Source: Candidatus Latescibacterota bacterium (GTDB taxonomy: Bacteria > Latescibacterota > UBA2968 > GCA-2709665). Taken from it: 64,000 nucleotides of DNA. Where the stretch lies: the NCBI GenBank assembly GCA_965219995.1, contig CBDCOX010000002.1, positions 2,784,001 to 2,848,000 on the forward strand, given 5' to 3'. The notes below the pieces were generated by a model. The model ran no database searches and had not been told where the DNA came from. It saw nothing but the letters and a program-made list of their open reading frames with translations. Position 1 is the stretch's first letter. Each line of letters opens with the position of its first letter. A program made the translations under genes and the position numbers. Of this stretch, positions 36,460 to 45,491 are shown piece after piece.

Positions 36460-36948
36460 TCAGAAGAACCACATCAGAAGTATAATGGCGCTCAGCCCAC
36501 CCAGCATGAACCCCCCTATGCTGACCGCGCCCGACGCCAGTGAATAGTCGGCGATACGAAACGTCTGATCGCCCAGAGTGAAGAGTACCTCGGTACGGTT
36601 GATCTCCCCGTCGACGAATCGTTTCAGTGCCTCTTCCGCGCTGTGGGCTTCTTTCACCGAGACCATGGCCACCAGAATCATCGTCGCCGCGGACGCGAGG
36701 GTTCCGATCGCAAAAATTAGCAGTGTCGTGAGGGCCACCCAGTGGTAGGCCGCGTCCTCGGTTCCCGAAGGAGAACTCATGAATCCGATAATCAGCGCGG
36801 CGCCGCCCGCGTTGCCCAGCAGCAACAGGCGGGCCGACTCGGTAATCAGCCTGAACATCGTACCGCGCCGCATGTGGACGACCTTGTAGAGTTCGCGCAA
36901 CCACTCTTCGCCGATTTCTTCAACGGTAAACTCATCCACCTTTTTCAA
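36460..36948 (-). CDS. Hypothetical membrane protein (about 3 TM)
   Basis: 162 aa; LLLGNAGGAALIIG helix; starts 3 nt after the upstream stop. Confidence 0.7.
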   Translation of the reverse strand: MKKVDEFTVEEIGEEWLRELYKVVHMRRGTMFRLITESARLLLLGNAGGAALIIGFMSSPSGTEDAAYHWVALTTLLIFAIGTLASAATMILVAMVSVKEAHSAEEALKRFVDGEINRTEVLFTLGDQTFRIADYSLASGAVSIGGFMLGGLSAIILLMWFF

Positions 36949-36951
36949 GGG

Positions 36952-38103
36952 TCAATCTCCTCCGAGATCGATCAGCCGGACGTAGCGCGAACCTGAGTTG
37001 GTTCCGGGCTCGAACGCGAGCTTCCAATCGTCGATTGCAACCGGTCCCGACGTCAATGCCTGTTCCAGGAAGTTCTCCCGCGTCAACCTGTCGCCCATGC
37101 GCCCCAGCACCTCAACGACGAAGCGGCCGAGAATATATCCTTCGAGCGAGACCTCGTTGATGCCGTAACTCCCGTTCCCCGCCTGTTGCCTTTCCGCCGC
37201 CCCCATGGCGCGATGGAAATTGCGCACAACCTGCATGTTCGTATCTTCCGCATCGGGCATCACTTCGGAGACCAGGATTCTGTCGTTCGGCGCGTCGATT
37301 CTCTTCTTCAACTCGTATGACAGGACGAATGACAGGTTGGCCATGATGTATCTGTAGCCCAGGGAGTGCGCCAGGTTGATGATTTCAGCGTTGGAAGCAT
37401 AGGCGCCCACGATCATGATGGCTTCCAGGTCCGCCTTGGCCAGGGCGAACAGACTTGCCTGTACTGCGTGTGTATTCCTCGAAAAGGCAGTCTTCCCCAG
37501 AATGGGAATCCCCATCCCGTCGAGCACCGACTTATAGTTCCTGAGGACGGAGCGCCCGAAAGCGTCGTCCTGATAGATAATGCCGAACCGCTTCTTGCCG
37601 CGCTTCCTCAGGATGTGGTTCACCAGAACGCGGGTCTCGTCCAGATAACCGGCTCTGAGGTTTACGACGTTGGGAAACCGCCTGGCGTTGCGCAGAAACG
37701 AGGCGCCCGTAAAGGGACCCACAAAGGGAATCGTCGCCGTCTTCAGCACCGGCGCAATGCGTTTCGCCGTGGGTGTACCCACACCGCCGATGACGGCGAA
37801 CACGTCGTTTTCGGCTGCGAAACGTTCCGCGTTGGCGGCCGCCAGTTCCGGCTCGTACGCGTCGTCCAGGGAAATCAGCCTGAGAATTCTGCCGTTGACG
37901 CCGCCGCGGCGGTTCGCCTCGTGCAAGGCCGCGCGAATGCCTGCCCGATAGTTGAATCCCAACTGCCTGTTCGGCCCGGAGAAACACGCGCTTTGACCGA
38001 AGACAATCGTCGTATCGCTGACACCTTGCGCCGCGAGGGACGTCGCGACAGGCAGCAGCGCGAGCCAGAATACCAATAGCCCACTGACGATGTGTGCCGC
38101 CAT
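36952..38103 (-). CDS. Type I periplasmic binding protein (LivJ/LivK-like)
   Basis: Signal peptide; GQSACFSGP, NRRGGVNGR, DDAYEP, GGVGTPT and YQDDAFG motifs. Confidence 0.88.
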   Translation of the reverse strand: MAAHIVSGLLVFWLALLPVATSLAAQGVSDTTIVFGQSACFSGPNRQLGFNYRAGIRAALHEANRRGGVNGRILRLISLDDAYEPELAAANAERFAAENDVFAVIGGVGTPTAKRIAPVLKTATIPFVGPFTGASFLRNARRFPNVVNLRAGYLDETRVLVNHILRKRGKKRFGIIYQDDAFGRSVLRNYKSVLDGMGIPILGKTAFSRNTHAVQASLFALAKADLEAIMIVGAYASNAEIINLAHSLGYRYIMANLSFVLSYELKKRIDAPNDRILVSEVMPDAEDTNMQVVRNFHRAMGAAERQQAGNGSYGINEVSLEGYILGRFVVEVLGRMGDRLTRENFLEQALTSGPVAIDDWKLAFEPGTNSGSRYVRLIDLGGD

Positions 38104-38133
38104 TCGCTACCCTCTTCCCGAGGCGTGTCACAT

Positions 38134-39570
38134 CTACTTCGACGTGGCGCCACCCTCCCCCTTCGTTCCCGATTTGCCGGCAGCCACGTCCTGCTTCCCC
38201 TGCTTGACGGCGGCCTTCGCTTTCTTTTTCTTGCCCTGCCCCGGGGCGACCTTCGTTTTCTTCACGGATTTGACGCCTGTCATTGCCTGCGTCGTCGACC
38301 TTGCATCCTCCTCAGGGAGCACCTCCACCATCGGCTTCTCCTGCTGCTGCCGGCTGAACCGTTTGCCTCGCACAACGTGGCTATGAGAGAATATCGAAGG
38401 TGTGTCGAAAATGAGCGACCGGGGGTTGGCCACGAGCAGGTGATCGCGTTCCGCGCGCACTCTGTGAAACTGGCCGTCGAGCGTGAGTCTGTCCTCATCG
38501 ACGTTTTCGATCTTATGTATATCGGGCATTTGCGTTGATGATAACGCCATCCTGCCGGCCGCCGCGCCACCTCCGGCGGGCGGTTCCCCCAGCGCCAGGT
38601 CCGCAGGCGTGAATCCGTCTCCCACGCCGTCGATCATGTTGATATCGATGGCAGACTGATTGGCCGGGTTGACCGCCGCCAGGCTTGCCTCCGAGAAAAT
38701 CTGGCGCATTCGATCCCAGTAGCGCGTGATTCGAACGTGCGAGGGTTGCTTCCGGTATTCCGACAGCAGTGCGGTAAACGCTCCGGCGCTGCTTCCGGCC
38801 TGCACAATCCGCTCTTGCGCCCTCGCCTTTGCCTCCAGCACCAGCGCCTCGGCCTGTCCGCGGCTGCGGGCGATCAACTGCTCCTTCTGGCGGTTGGCGT
38901 CACTGACCGCCTTTGCACGTTCCGCGAACGCGTCGCTGACGTCTCGAAACGCGGCGATGGTTTCCTCAATCGGGCGCACGTCGACGATGTCGAGCGAAAC
39001 AAGTTCGATCCCGATCTCGCGGTTCTCGAGCCAGCCGGTAACCCGTTCGAACAACCGGCTTTGAATTATGTTTCGATTCGAGGTGAGAATCAGGTCGATG
39101 AAATTCTCGCCCAGGACGTCGATCAACTCTTCCCTGGTGTATGCGGTCAACATCGCAGTGGGATCGGAGGAAGTGAACAGGAAGTTTTTGAGATTGTCGA
39201 TCCGGTACTGAAGGGCCACGTCCACTTCGAGCAGATTCACGTCTCCGGACAATATCGTGAAGTTGACCTTGCTTCCCTCCCGGCTGGCCACCTGGAACCG
39301 GGTGACCCGCTTGACCTTGCGGAGGTGTACCTTGTCGATGAAGGGGATGCAATACCGTATTCCGGGGCTGACGTTTTCTTCGACCAACCTGCCGAATCGG
39401 AGCACAACGCCGCGTTCTTCCTTCTTGACAATGTAGAACCCGCTGGCCAGGATGCATACGACCGAGGCGACCGCCGTCCAGACCAGGATTCGCCGCTGGT
39501 GTTTCGAGTAGTAATCGAACACGGCGTAGATGATCCGCGTACTTTGCGGCAATGACGTCTGTTCACTCAT
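38134..39570 (-). CDS. HflK-like SPFH/band-7 protein with a long C-terminal extension
   Basis: ERGVVLRFG, LSGDVNLLEVDVALQYRI, DVRP...AAFRDV and ARSRGQAE motifs. Confidence 0.85.
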   Translation of the reverse strand: MSEQTSLPQSTRIIYAVFDYYSKHQRRILVWTAVASVVCILASGFYIVKKEERGVVLRFGRLVEENVSPGIRYCIPFIDKVHLRKVKRVTRFQVASREGSKVNFTILSGDVNLLEVDVALQYRIDNLKNFLFTSSDPTAMLTAYTREELIDVLGENFIDLILTSNRNIIQSRLFERVTGWLENREIGIELVSLDIVDVRPIEETIAAFRDVSDAFAERAKAVSDANRQKEQLIARSRGQAEALVLEAKARAQERIVQAGSSAGAFTALLSEYRKQPSHVRITRYWDRMRQIFSEASLAAVNPANQSAIDINMIDGVGDGFTPADLALGEPPAGGGAAAGRMALSSTQMPDIHKIENVDEDRLTLDGQFHRVRAERDHLLVANPRSLIFDTPSIFSHSHVVRGKRFSRQQQEKPMVEVLPEEDARSTTQAMTGVKSVKKTKVAPGQGKKKKAKAAVKQGKQDVAAGKSGTKGEGGATSK

Positions 39571-39588
39571 TTCAGTCGAACTCTCGGA

Positions 39589-40479
39589 TTATCGGGGTGA
39601 GGACCTGCTGTTGAGGTATTTGAAGAGCTCGTTGTCGGCCGGCAGCATCAACGTGGTGTTCCGGTCGATGATCAGATCGTAGCTGTCCAGAGCGCGGATG
39701 AAGCTGTAGAAACCCGGATCCTGCCGGTACGCCTTGCCCAGCAGCGCCATCGCCTCGGCCTCGGCCTTACCGAGAATGGCCGTTGCCTCCGCGTGGGCGT
39801 CCGCCAGCAGCTTTTCGTGTTCGTTAATGGCCAGGGCCTCGATGCGCAGGGCCATTTCCTCGCCCTCGCTGCGGTATCGGGCGGCAATGCGTGCCCGTTC
39901 CGCGATCATTCGCTGAATGACGCTCGGGCGGTTCTCCGTCGGCAGCGTGTATTCGACGATGCCTGCTTCGATCACGTCGATCCCGTAGCTTTCTCTCGCA
40001 ATTGGCGCGATTCGAGCGTGTATTTCCCGCGAAGCCTCGTTCAGGTCTTCGTGTTCCAGTCCCAGCCCGATGAAGGCGTCCAGAGATTTGTTGCTGATGA
40101 TGATCCCGCTGCTGGACAGATAGAGATCCTGCAATCGCTCGACGGCGTTCTTGCCGGTGCGGATCGCCTCCACGAAGAGAATCGGGTCCACGGTCTTCCA
40201 GAGCAGGTATCCGTCGACGCGAACGCTTTTCTGATCGTCGGTGATCAACTCGTGGGGGACGTTCGTCAGCGTATGGATGCGTCGATCCACCTTATAAATT
40301 CTGGAAATCGGGCGGGGCCACTTCACGTGCAATCCCGGTTGCCTCACCGGCGGCGAGATCCTGCCGAAGTGTGTCAATACGCCCTGTTGGGTTTCGTGGA
40401 TAATGTAGATGCTGTCGTAGACGATTGCGCCGACAACCACGGCGAGGGTCGCGGTAATCGTGGCTTTCTTGAGCGTCAT
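39589..40479 (-). CDS. HflC-like SPFH/band-7 protein
   Basis: QPGLHVKWP, LITDDQK, RMIAERARIAARYRSEGEE and DPGFYSFIRALDSY motifs. Confidence 0.88.
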   Translation of the reverse strand: MTLKKATITATLAVVVGAIVYDSIYIIHETQQGVLTHFGRISPPVRQPGLHVKWPRPISRIYKVDRRIHTLTNVPHELITDDQKSVRVDGYLLWKTVDPILFVEAIRTGKNAVERLQDLYLSSSGIIISNKSLDAFIGLGLEHEDLNEASREIHARIAPIARESYGIDVIEAGIVEYTLPTENRPSVIQRMIAERARIAARYRSEGEEMALRIEALAINEHEKLLADAHAEATAILGKAEAEAMALLGKAYRQDPGFYSFIRALDSYDLIIDRNTTLMLPADNELFKYLNSRSSPR

Positions 40480-40599
40480 TGCCTTTCCTCGTCAATTAGG
40501 GCGTGCGGGGCGCCCGGTGTCAACGGAATGTCTCTCTATGCTTTCCGGCCGGCATGCGGCTCCGCTGCAAAATGACCGGCCGGCAATGCTTCTTTGAGA

Positions 40600-42912
40600 T
40601 CACGGTTTCGACTTCGGAACGGCCTTCTTTCCGTGCCTGGGAGACGCGCCGTGGCTGGCGCCTGCGGAGTTTCTCTTCCACAGCGCGACCTTTTCGAGAC
40701 TCTTCTTGTTTGGAACGATAATCTTGGGATTGCCGGACAGCGCCGTTTCCAGTTTTTCCCGCCAAAGCATGTTCCGCAAAACGCCCGGCGCGCTTCTGAC
40801 GGCTTTGGCTACCGTTGAAATGGCATCGGCCTCGGCGGCTGAGGTCTTCACTTTCCGATAGGCCTCGCCGTCGGCCTGCTGCACCTCCCACGCCGCGTTT
40901 CCGTGCGCCTGTGGCACCAGCGATACCAGGAAACGCTGAGCGTTTACGATGATGCGCTCCCTGTCCTCCTGCGCGCTGGAAACATCCCTGAAAGCGCTCA
41001 TGGTCTCCGCCACGGGGCTGACGTCCAGCAGGTTGATCTTGACGACTTCAACGGTTTTCAGCACCGGATTCGTGAAATGTACGTCCACGTCGAAGGAATC
41101 GGTGAGGTGCTCTTCAAGCGTTTCGCGATGCACGTTCAGCAGTTTCTCGAGGTCCCTCGCGGAAATGAAGGAGCGGATATGGGCCTTCATAACGTCGGCG
41201 ATGACCTTCTGTGGATCCCCGGTCCGATAATGGTAATTATACGGGTCCTTGACCCGATACTGGACGTTGACGGTCAGGGAAAGCAGGTTGAGGTCGCCCG
41301 AGACGTACTCTTCCGGCGTTTCGCACAGGATGGACTTCACTTCCCGTACCGGCCATTTGTCGACCTTGACGAAGGGCCAGGGGGCGAGATAGCTCAAGCC
41401 CGGCTGGATGTCACGCCAGTAGACTTCGCCCAAAAGCCTGCCGTAGCCTACCGAATTGGGAGGAATGGTTGTGAATCCGCTGGCCAGGAAAAGGACGAGC
41501 AGCAGCACCCAGAGCATCTTGCCCATGGGTGTTGCGGGAGTAATGATCCCCCTGAAGCTCCGGTTGCGGGTCAGACGCTCCCAGGCCTGGCGCCAGGGCT
41601 TCGACAGGGGCCGGATGTTCAACAGCAGGTCTTCCCACCCGCTGCGGAGCGCGCCCGCACGGAAACGCCAGACGATGAGCGCGATGAGAATGAGGCCTGA
41701 CCCCCACTGAAGGATCTGTATCGTCGGGGATTCCGAGGGGCCAAGGTACACCGGTATCGTAAAACCGGTGGCAATCAGCAGGGCGTCGATCAGAATACCG
41801 AGCGCCACCGTGACGGCGATGACCGCCGCGACGTATATGGTTGCGAAACGAGCGCCGAACTGGCTGACGATAATCGCGATCGTACCCGTATTGGTGGCCG
41901 GCCCGGTCATCAGAAAAATCAGCGCGGCGCCAGGGCTGAATCCCTTGGCGACGAGGGCCGCCGCGATCGGCGTGCTCGCGGATGCGCAGATATAGAGAGG
42001 GACGCCGACCAGCACCATCACGGGATAGGAGACCCAGCGGGCGTATTCGTTCGTCATCAGATCGCCCGGTATCACCAGAAAGAGCACGCCGCCCAGGGCC
42101 ACGCCAACCAGCAGCGCGAAGAGGATGTCGTCCGCAATCTCCACGAAACCGTAGTGAAAGACGTGCTTCACCAGCTTTTTGAAGTCCAGCGCCTGATCGT
42201 CTTCCGAGGGCGAGGCCTTTTCCGCCGCGGACGCCTCCACCGCGTCGCGGTAAAAGGCAGGCTTCACCCAGGAAAGGGACTTCCATCGCCCGGCCATGGT
42301 CGCAACGTTCTTCAGCCATTGCACGAAAAGGCCCTTCAGCCGCGAAAAGCTGACGTAGCAGTCGTCAGTTTCGGGAATGAGGGGTTCGTGCGAACCGTGG
42401 TCATGGTCGTGATCGTGGTCGTGCCCGTGATCATGGTCATGGTCATGCCCATGTCCGTCGTGGCTGTGGTCCGACGCGGTTTCTTCAGGGTCGTTGCGTA
42501 TCAGGCCGATACAGAAGATGCCGGCGACGACTGCCGTGATGAAACTGATGACCGGCCGGACGACCGCGGCGACGAATCCGAAGAAGGCGTTTGTGACCAG
42601 GATCGAGTCCGCCCCCGTCTCCGGAGCGGTTATCAGGAAAGACATGCAGGACGAACGGGACGCACCCTTCCGCCGCATCTCGGCGACCACGGGGACAACG
42701 GAACAACTGCACAAAGGCACGGGTACGCCGACGGCCGAACTCACCGCAACGGATTTCAGGCTGTCGTCCTTGAGCCACCGGAGGATGGCCTCACGGGAGA
42801 TGAATACATGGATGACGCCCGACAGGAACAGGCCCAGCAGCAGCATGGGCGCCAGCAACAGGGACGACATCCAGAGAAAGTCGAAAAAACTGATCAGGGT
42901 CTGCTGTACCAC
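40600..42912 (-). CDS. Fusion of a DUF318/SO_0444-type metal permease (His-rich loop) with an HflK-like SPFH domain
   Basis: PLCSCSVVP, APETGADS, (HD)n tract, YICASASTP and GPATN in the N-terminal part; VSGDLNLL..VQYRV and AFRDVSSAQED in the C-terminal part. Confidence 0.85.
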   Translation of the reverse strand: MVQQTLISFFDFLWMSSLLLAPMLLLGLFLSGVIHVFISREAILRWLKDDSLKSVAVSSAVGVPVPLCSCSVVPVVAEMRRKGASRSSCMSFLITAPETGADSILVTNAFFGFVAAVVRPVISFITAVVAGIFCIGLIRNDPEETASDHSHDGHGHDHDHDHGHDHDHDHDHGSHEPLIPETDDCYVSFSRLKGLFVQWLKNVATMAGRWKSLSWVKPAFYRDAVEASAAEKASPSEDDQALDFKKLVKHVFHYGFVEIADDILFALLVGVALGGVLFLVIPGDLMTNEYARWVSYPVMVLVGVPLYICASASTPIAAALVAKGFSPGAALIFLMTGPATNTGTIAIIVSQFGARFATIYVAAVIAVTVALGILIDALLIATGFTIPVYLGPSESPTIQILQWGSGLILIALIVWRFRAGALRSGWEDLLLNIRPLSKPWRQAWERLTRNRSFRGIITPATPMGKMLWVLLLVLFLASGFTTIPPNSVGYGRLLGEVYWRDIQPGLSYLAPWPFVKVDKWPVREVKSILCETPEEYVSGDLNLLSLTVNVQYRVKDPYNYHYRTGDPQKVIADVMKAHIRSFISARDLEKLLNVHRETLEEHLTDSFDVDVHFTNPVLKTVEVVKINLLDVSPVAETMSAFRDVSSAQEDRERIIVNAQRFLVSLVPQAHGNAAWEVQQADGEAYRKVKTSAAEADAISTVAKAVRSAPGVLRNMLWREKLETALSGNPKIIVPNKKSLEKVALWKRNSAGASHGASPRHGKKAVPKSKP

Positions 42913-43037
42913 GCAATCGCCTCCACCGCATTGGGTGATGCAAGGGGACGCCTGGCAGGCGTTTCGGAAACCGGGAACGGGAGGCGCCGATCACAACGAC
43001 ACGCGAGCAGCTTCGTCGACAGGCCCGTTCACTGATG

Positions 43038-43068
43038 AAAAAGCCCGCTCCCCTTCAGGGAACAGGGC
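43038..43068 (-). terminator. Hairpin + U-tract at the 5' end of the permease leader (terminator or 5' stabiliser)
   Basis: Minus strand GCCCTGTTCCCT-GAA-GGGGAGCGGGC followed by TTTTT. Confidence 0.45.
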
Positions 43069-43070
43069 GG

Positions 43071-43101
43071 CAATAATAGTGATTATTGAATGTCAAGTCA
43101 A
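43071..43101 (-). promoter_or_regulatory. Sigma70 promoter overlapped by a Fur/Zur-like palindrome
   Basis: TTGACT-N17-TATTAT (43101-43073); perfect 7-4-7 inverted repeat CAATAAT-AGTG-ATTATTG at 43071-43088. Confidence 0.65.
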
Positions 43102-43168
43102 GGGCTACGTAGGTTATTATGTGCGTATTATTAATATAGTATATTTCGTCGCCGCTGCAAGGGAAGAT

Positions 43169-43360
43169 ATGCATATGGACGCACTCCGGTTTGTCAGGTC
43201 CGGCGGTCCATCGGCGGAAGGCCGCTCACGGTGTTATGCGACCATTCAGGCTGCCCTCGATGACCGGAGCGGGAGCGATACTCTGACATTGGCACAGGGT
43301 CCGTTTCACGGTCCGCCAGACACGGGGTCGCAGCCGGCCCGGCTCGTACTTCTGACATAG
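43169..43360 (+). pseudogene. Truncated N-terminal remnant of a right-handed beta-helix (pectin-lyase fold) gene
   Basis: YATIQAALD..GSDTLTLAQGPF cap motif, then runs into the antisense strand of the GNAT gene and stops after 63 aa. Confidence 0.45.
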
Positions 43361-44142
43361 CGCGGTCGGTTGTGTATCGGGCGGAACCCGACCCTGCCAT
43401 ATACCCTTTCGGCAACGCTTCCGGCCGCCACTTCAAGTCCGGTCCATCGATTGCCCATCTCCCGGGAGTCCGCGACCGCACGCGCGGTCAAACCGGACGC
43501 CACGCCCCTGCGGCGGTATTCCGGCAGCGTGCCGACGAAGTCCACGCAACCCACGCCGTATTCCGTGTAGAGCAAGGCGGTTCCCGCCGGCTTTCCATCC
43601 ACGGTTGCGAGGTAGAGCCGTACTGCGGGAATGTCGAGCACCCTTCGGCCCAGTACGCCTACGTCGGCCGGAAAATCGAAGCTGCGGCACATGGTGTCCG
43701 CCCAGATTCCGTACCGGCCCGGTACCGGTTCTTCGATCCGAACGGATTCCGGAACGACGGGCTGTGCTGCCCGGTCGCAACGCATCGCCACGGCCTGCAT
43801 GGCAAGACTGAAACCGCGTCGTTCCAGACGTTCGGCAAGATCTGAGGGCCGGTCCAGGGGCGACAGGGTAAACGCGCATTCAAAGTCCCTCTCCCGGAAG
43901 TAGTCAAGGGCGCTGTCGATCAATGTATCCACCCCCGTCTCCGGCACGTCTATCTGTACGACACGATGCAGCATGGGCACTTTGACGTCATCGTGGCTGA
44001 ACGCAGTGGCCCCTCCCAGGTCGTGGCTGTCGCACCAGCGTGCACGGAAGCCGACCCAGAGTCTTTCGAAAATTTCCGTGAACCGGTCAGGCACGGGACT
44101 TGAAACCCTCCGGGAATCTGTTACGTTTCGTGGCGCCGGCAC
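43306..44142 (-). CDS. GNAT family N-acetyltransferase
   Basis: VGTLPEYRRRGVAS acetyl-CoA motif; VYGRVGF; start uncertain. Confidence 0.85.
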   Translation of the reverse strand: MPAPRNVTDSRRVSSPVPDRFTEIFERLWVGFRARWCDSHDLGGATAFSHDDVKVPMLHRVVQIDVPETGVDTLIDSALDYFRERDFECAFTLSPLDRPSDLAERLERRGFSLAMQAVAMRCDRAAQPVVPESVRIEEPVPGRYGIWADTMCRSFDFPADVGVLGRRVLDIPAVRLYLATVDGKPAGTALLYTEYGVGCVDFVGTLPEYRRRGVASGLTARAVADSREMGNRWTGLEVAAGSVAERVYGRVGFRPIHNRPRYVRSTSRAGCDPVSGGP

Positions 44143-44374
44143 AATCGTGATGGCTTGCTCTCGATTGACTACCTGTCGAATTCAAACCGGACGTCCTTTG
44201 CGTTCGCCTGCCACATTTGTATATTGTCTTGCCTCTGGAAGCGGGTTGGCCAGCCGGGAATTGCAACTTCCCGCCCTGTGTTCCGTCTTAATGGTCGTAT
44301 CGGACGATCGGTCCGCCGTGGCGGACGACTTCGCCGGCTCCTTATAACATCTGCGGAAAACGAGGTCTTGCAAA

Positions 44375-45364
44375 ATGAGGTTTATCGTAACCGGCAGCAA
44401 CGGCTTCATCGGCCAGAATTCATGCCGCCGCCTGGCCGCACTTGGACACGAAGTCATCGGTGTGGACGATCTGTCTTCCGGGACCCCTCCCAACGGCGTG
44501 AACGGCGTACATTACCACAACCGCAGCGTCGTGGATGCGGATTGGCTCGTGGGACTCCTGAAAGACACGGTCCCGGACGCGGTCCTTCACCTGGCGGCAA
44601 AGCCGAGGGTCCCGTATTCGGTGCGGAATCCGCTGCGCAGCGCCGAGGCGAACGCGATGGGAACGCTGTCTGTTCTCAGCGGGATTCTAAAGGCTGAACT
44701 GGCAGAGAAAACCCGGCTGGTTTTCGCCAGCAGCAGCGCGGTTTTCGGCGACGCGACGGCCCTCCCGACCCCGGAGACATACCCCTCGAATCCACAGTCG
44801 CCGTACGCGCTGGCAAAGCTTCAGGGCGAGCAGTGGTGCGACCTGTTTCATCGATTGTACGGCCTGGACGTGGTGAGCCTGCGGTATTTCAATGTGTTCG
44901 GACCCGGCGCGCTGTACGGGGGCGCCTATTCCACGGTCCTGTCGGCCTGGCCCTACCATCTCTTCGTAGATCCTTCCAACCGGCCCTTCCTGGAGGGCGA
45001 CGGAACCCAGACACGGGACTTCTGCTTTGTCGACAACGTCGTCGAGGCGAATATCGCCGCGGCCACCCGGGAACGCGGCTTCGCGGCGGACGTTCTGAAC
45101 GTGGGACAGGGCGAGGCCCACACCCTGCTTGAGGTCAAGGGAATTCTGGAGGAAGTTGCCGGCAGGAAGCTCAATCTTGAACGCCGGCCGCCCCGTGTTG
45201 GCGACGTTGCCCACACCCTGGCCGACATCAGGCGCACGCGGTTGGAACTCGGGTTCGAACCGTCGACCGACTTCACCACCCAGGTCGAACGAACGGCGAT
45301 ATGGTTCCGTGACTGTTATCCGAAGGGGCGTTCGAAAGGTCAGCGTGGCAAGGGGAGCGGATGA
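44375..45364 (+). CDS. NAD-dependent epimerase/dehydratase (UDP-sugar 4-epimerase-like)
   Basis: TGSNGFIG, ASSSAVFG, YALAK, LRYFNVFGP and GDGTQTRDF motifs. Confidence 0.93.
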   Translation: MRFIVTGSNGFIGQNSCRRLAALGHEVIGVDDLSSGTPPNGVNGVHYHNRSVVDADWLVGLLKDTVPDAVLHLAAKPRVPYSVRNPLRSAEANAMGTLSVLSGILKAELAEKTRLVFASSSAVFGDATALPTPETYPSNPQSPYALAKLQGEQWCDLFHRLYGLDVVSLRYFNVFGPGALYGGAYSTVLSAWPYHLFVDPSNRPFLEGDGTQTRDFCFVDNVVEANIAAATRERGFAADVLNVGQGEAHTLLEVKGILEEVAGRKLNLERRPPRVGDVAHTLADIRRTRLELGFEPSTDFTTQVERTAIWFRDCYPKGRSKGQRGKGSG

Positions 45365-45414
45365 AGTCGCCGCGATCGCCTGAAAGTGGAAACCAGAAGC
45401 TCGGGCTGGAAGAT

Positions 45415-45491
45415 TGGTGGGCGATACTGGATTCGAACCAGTGACCTCCTGCTTGTAAGGCAGGCGCTCTAACCGGCTGAGCTAACCGCCC
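45415..45491 (-). tRNA. tRNA-Val (anticodon TAC), CCA encoded
   Basis: GGGCGGTTAGCTCAGCCGGTTAGAGCG-CCTGC-CTTACAA-GCAGG-AGGTCACTGGTTCGAATCCAGTATCGCCCACCA. Confidence 0.97.
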
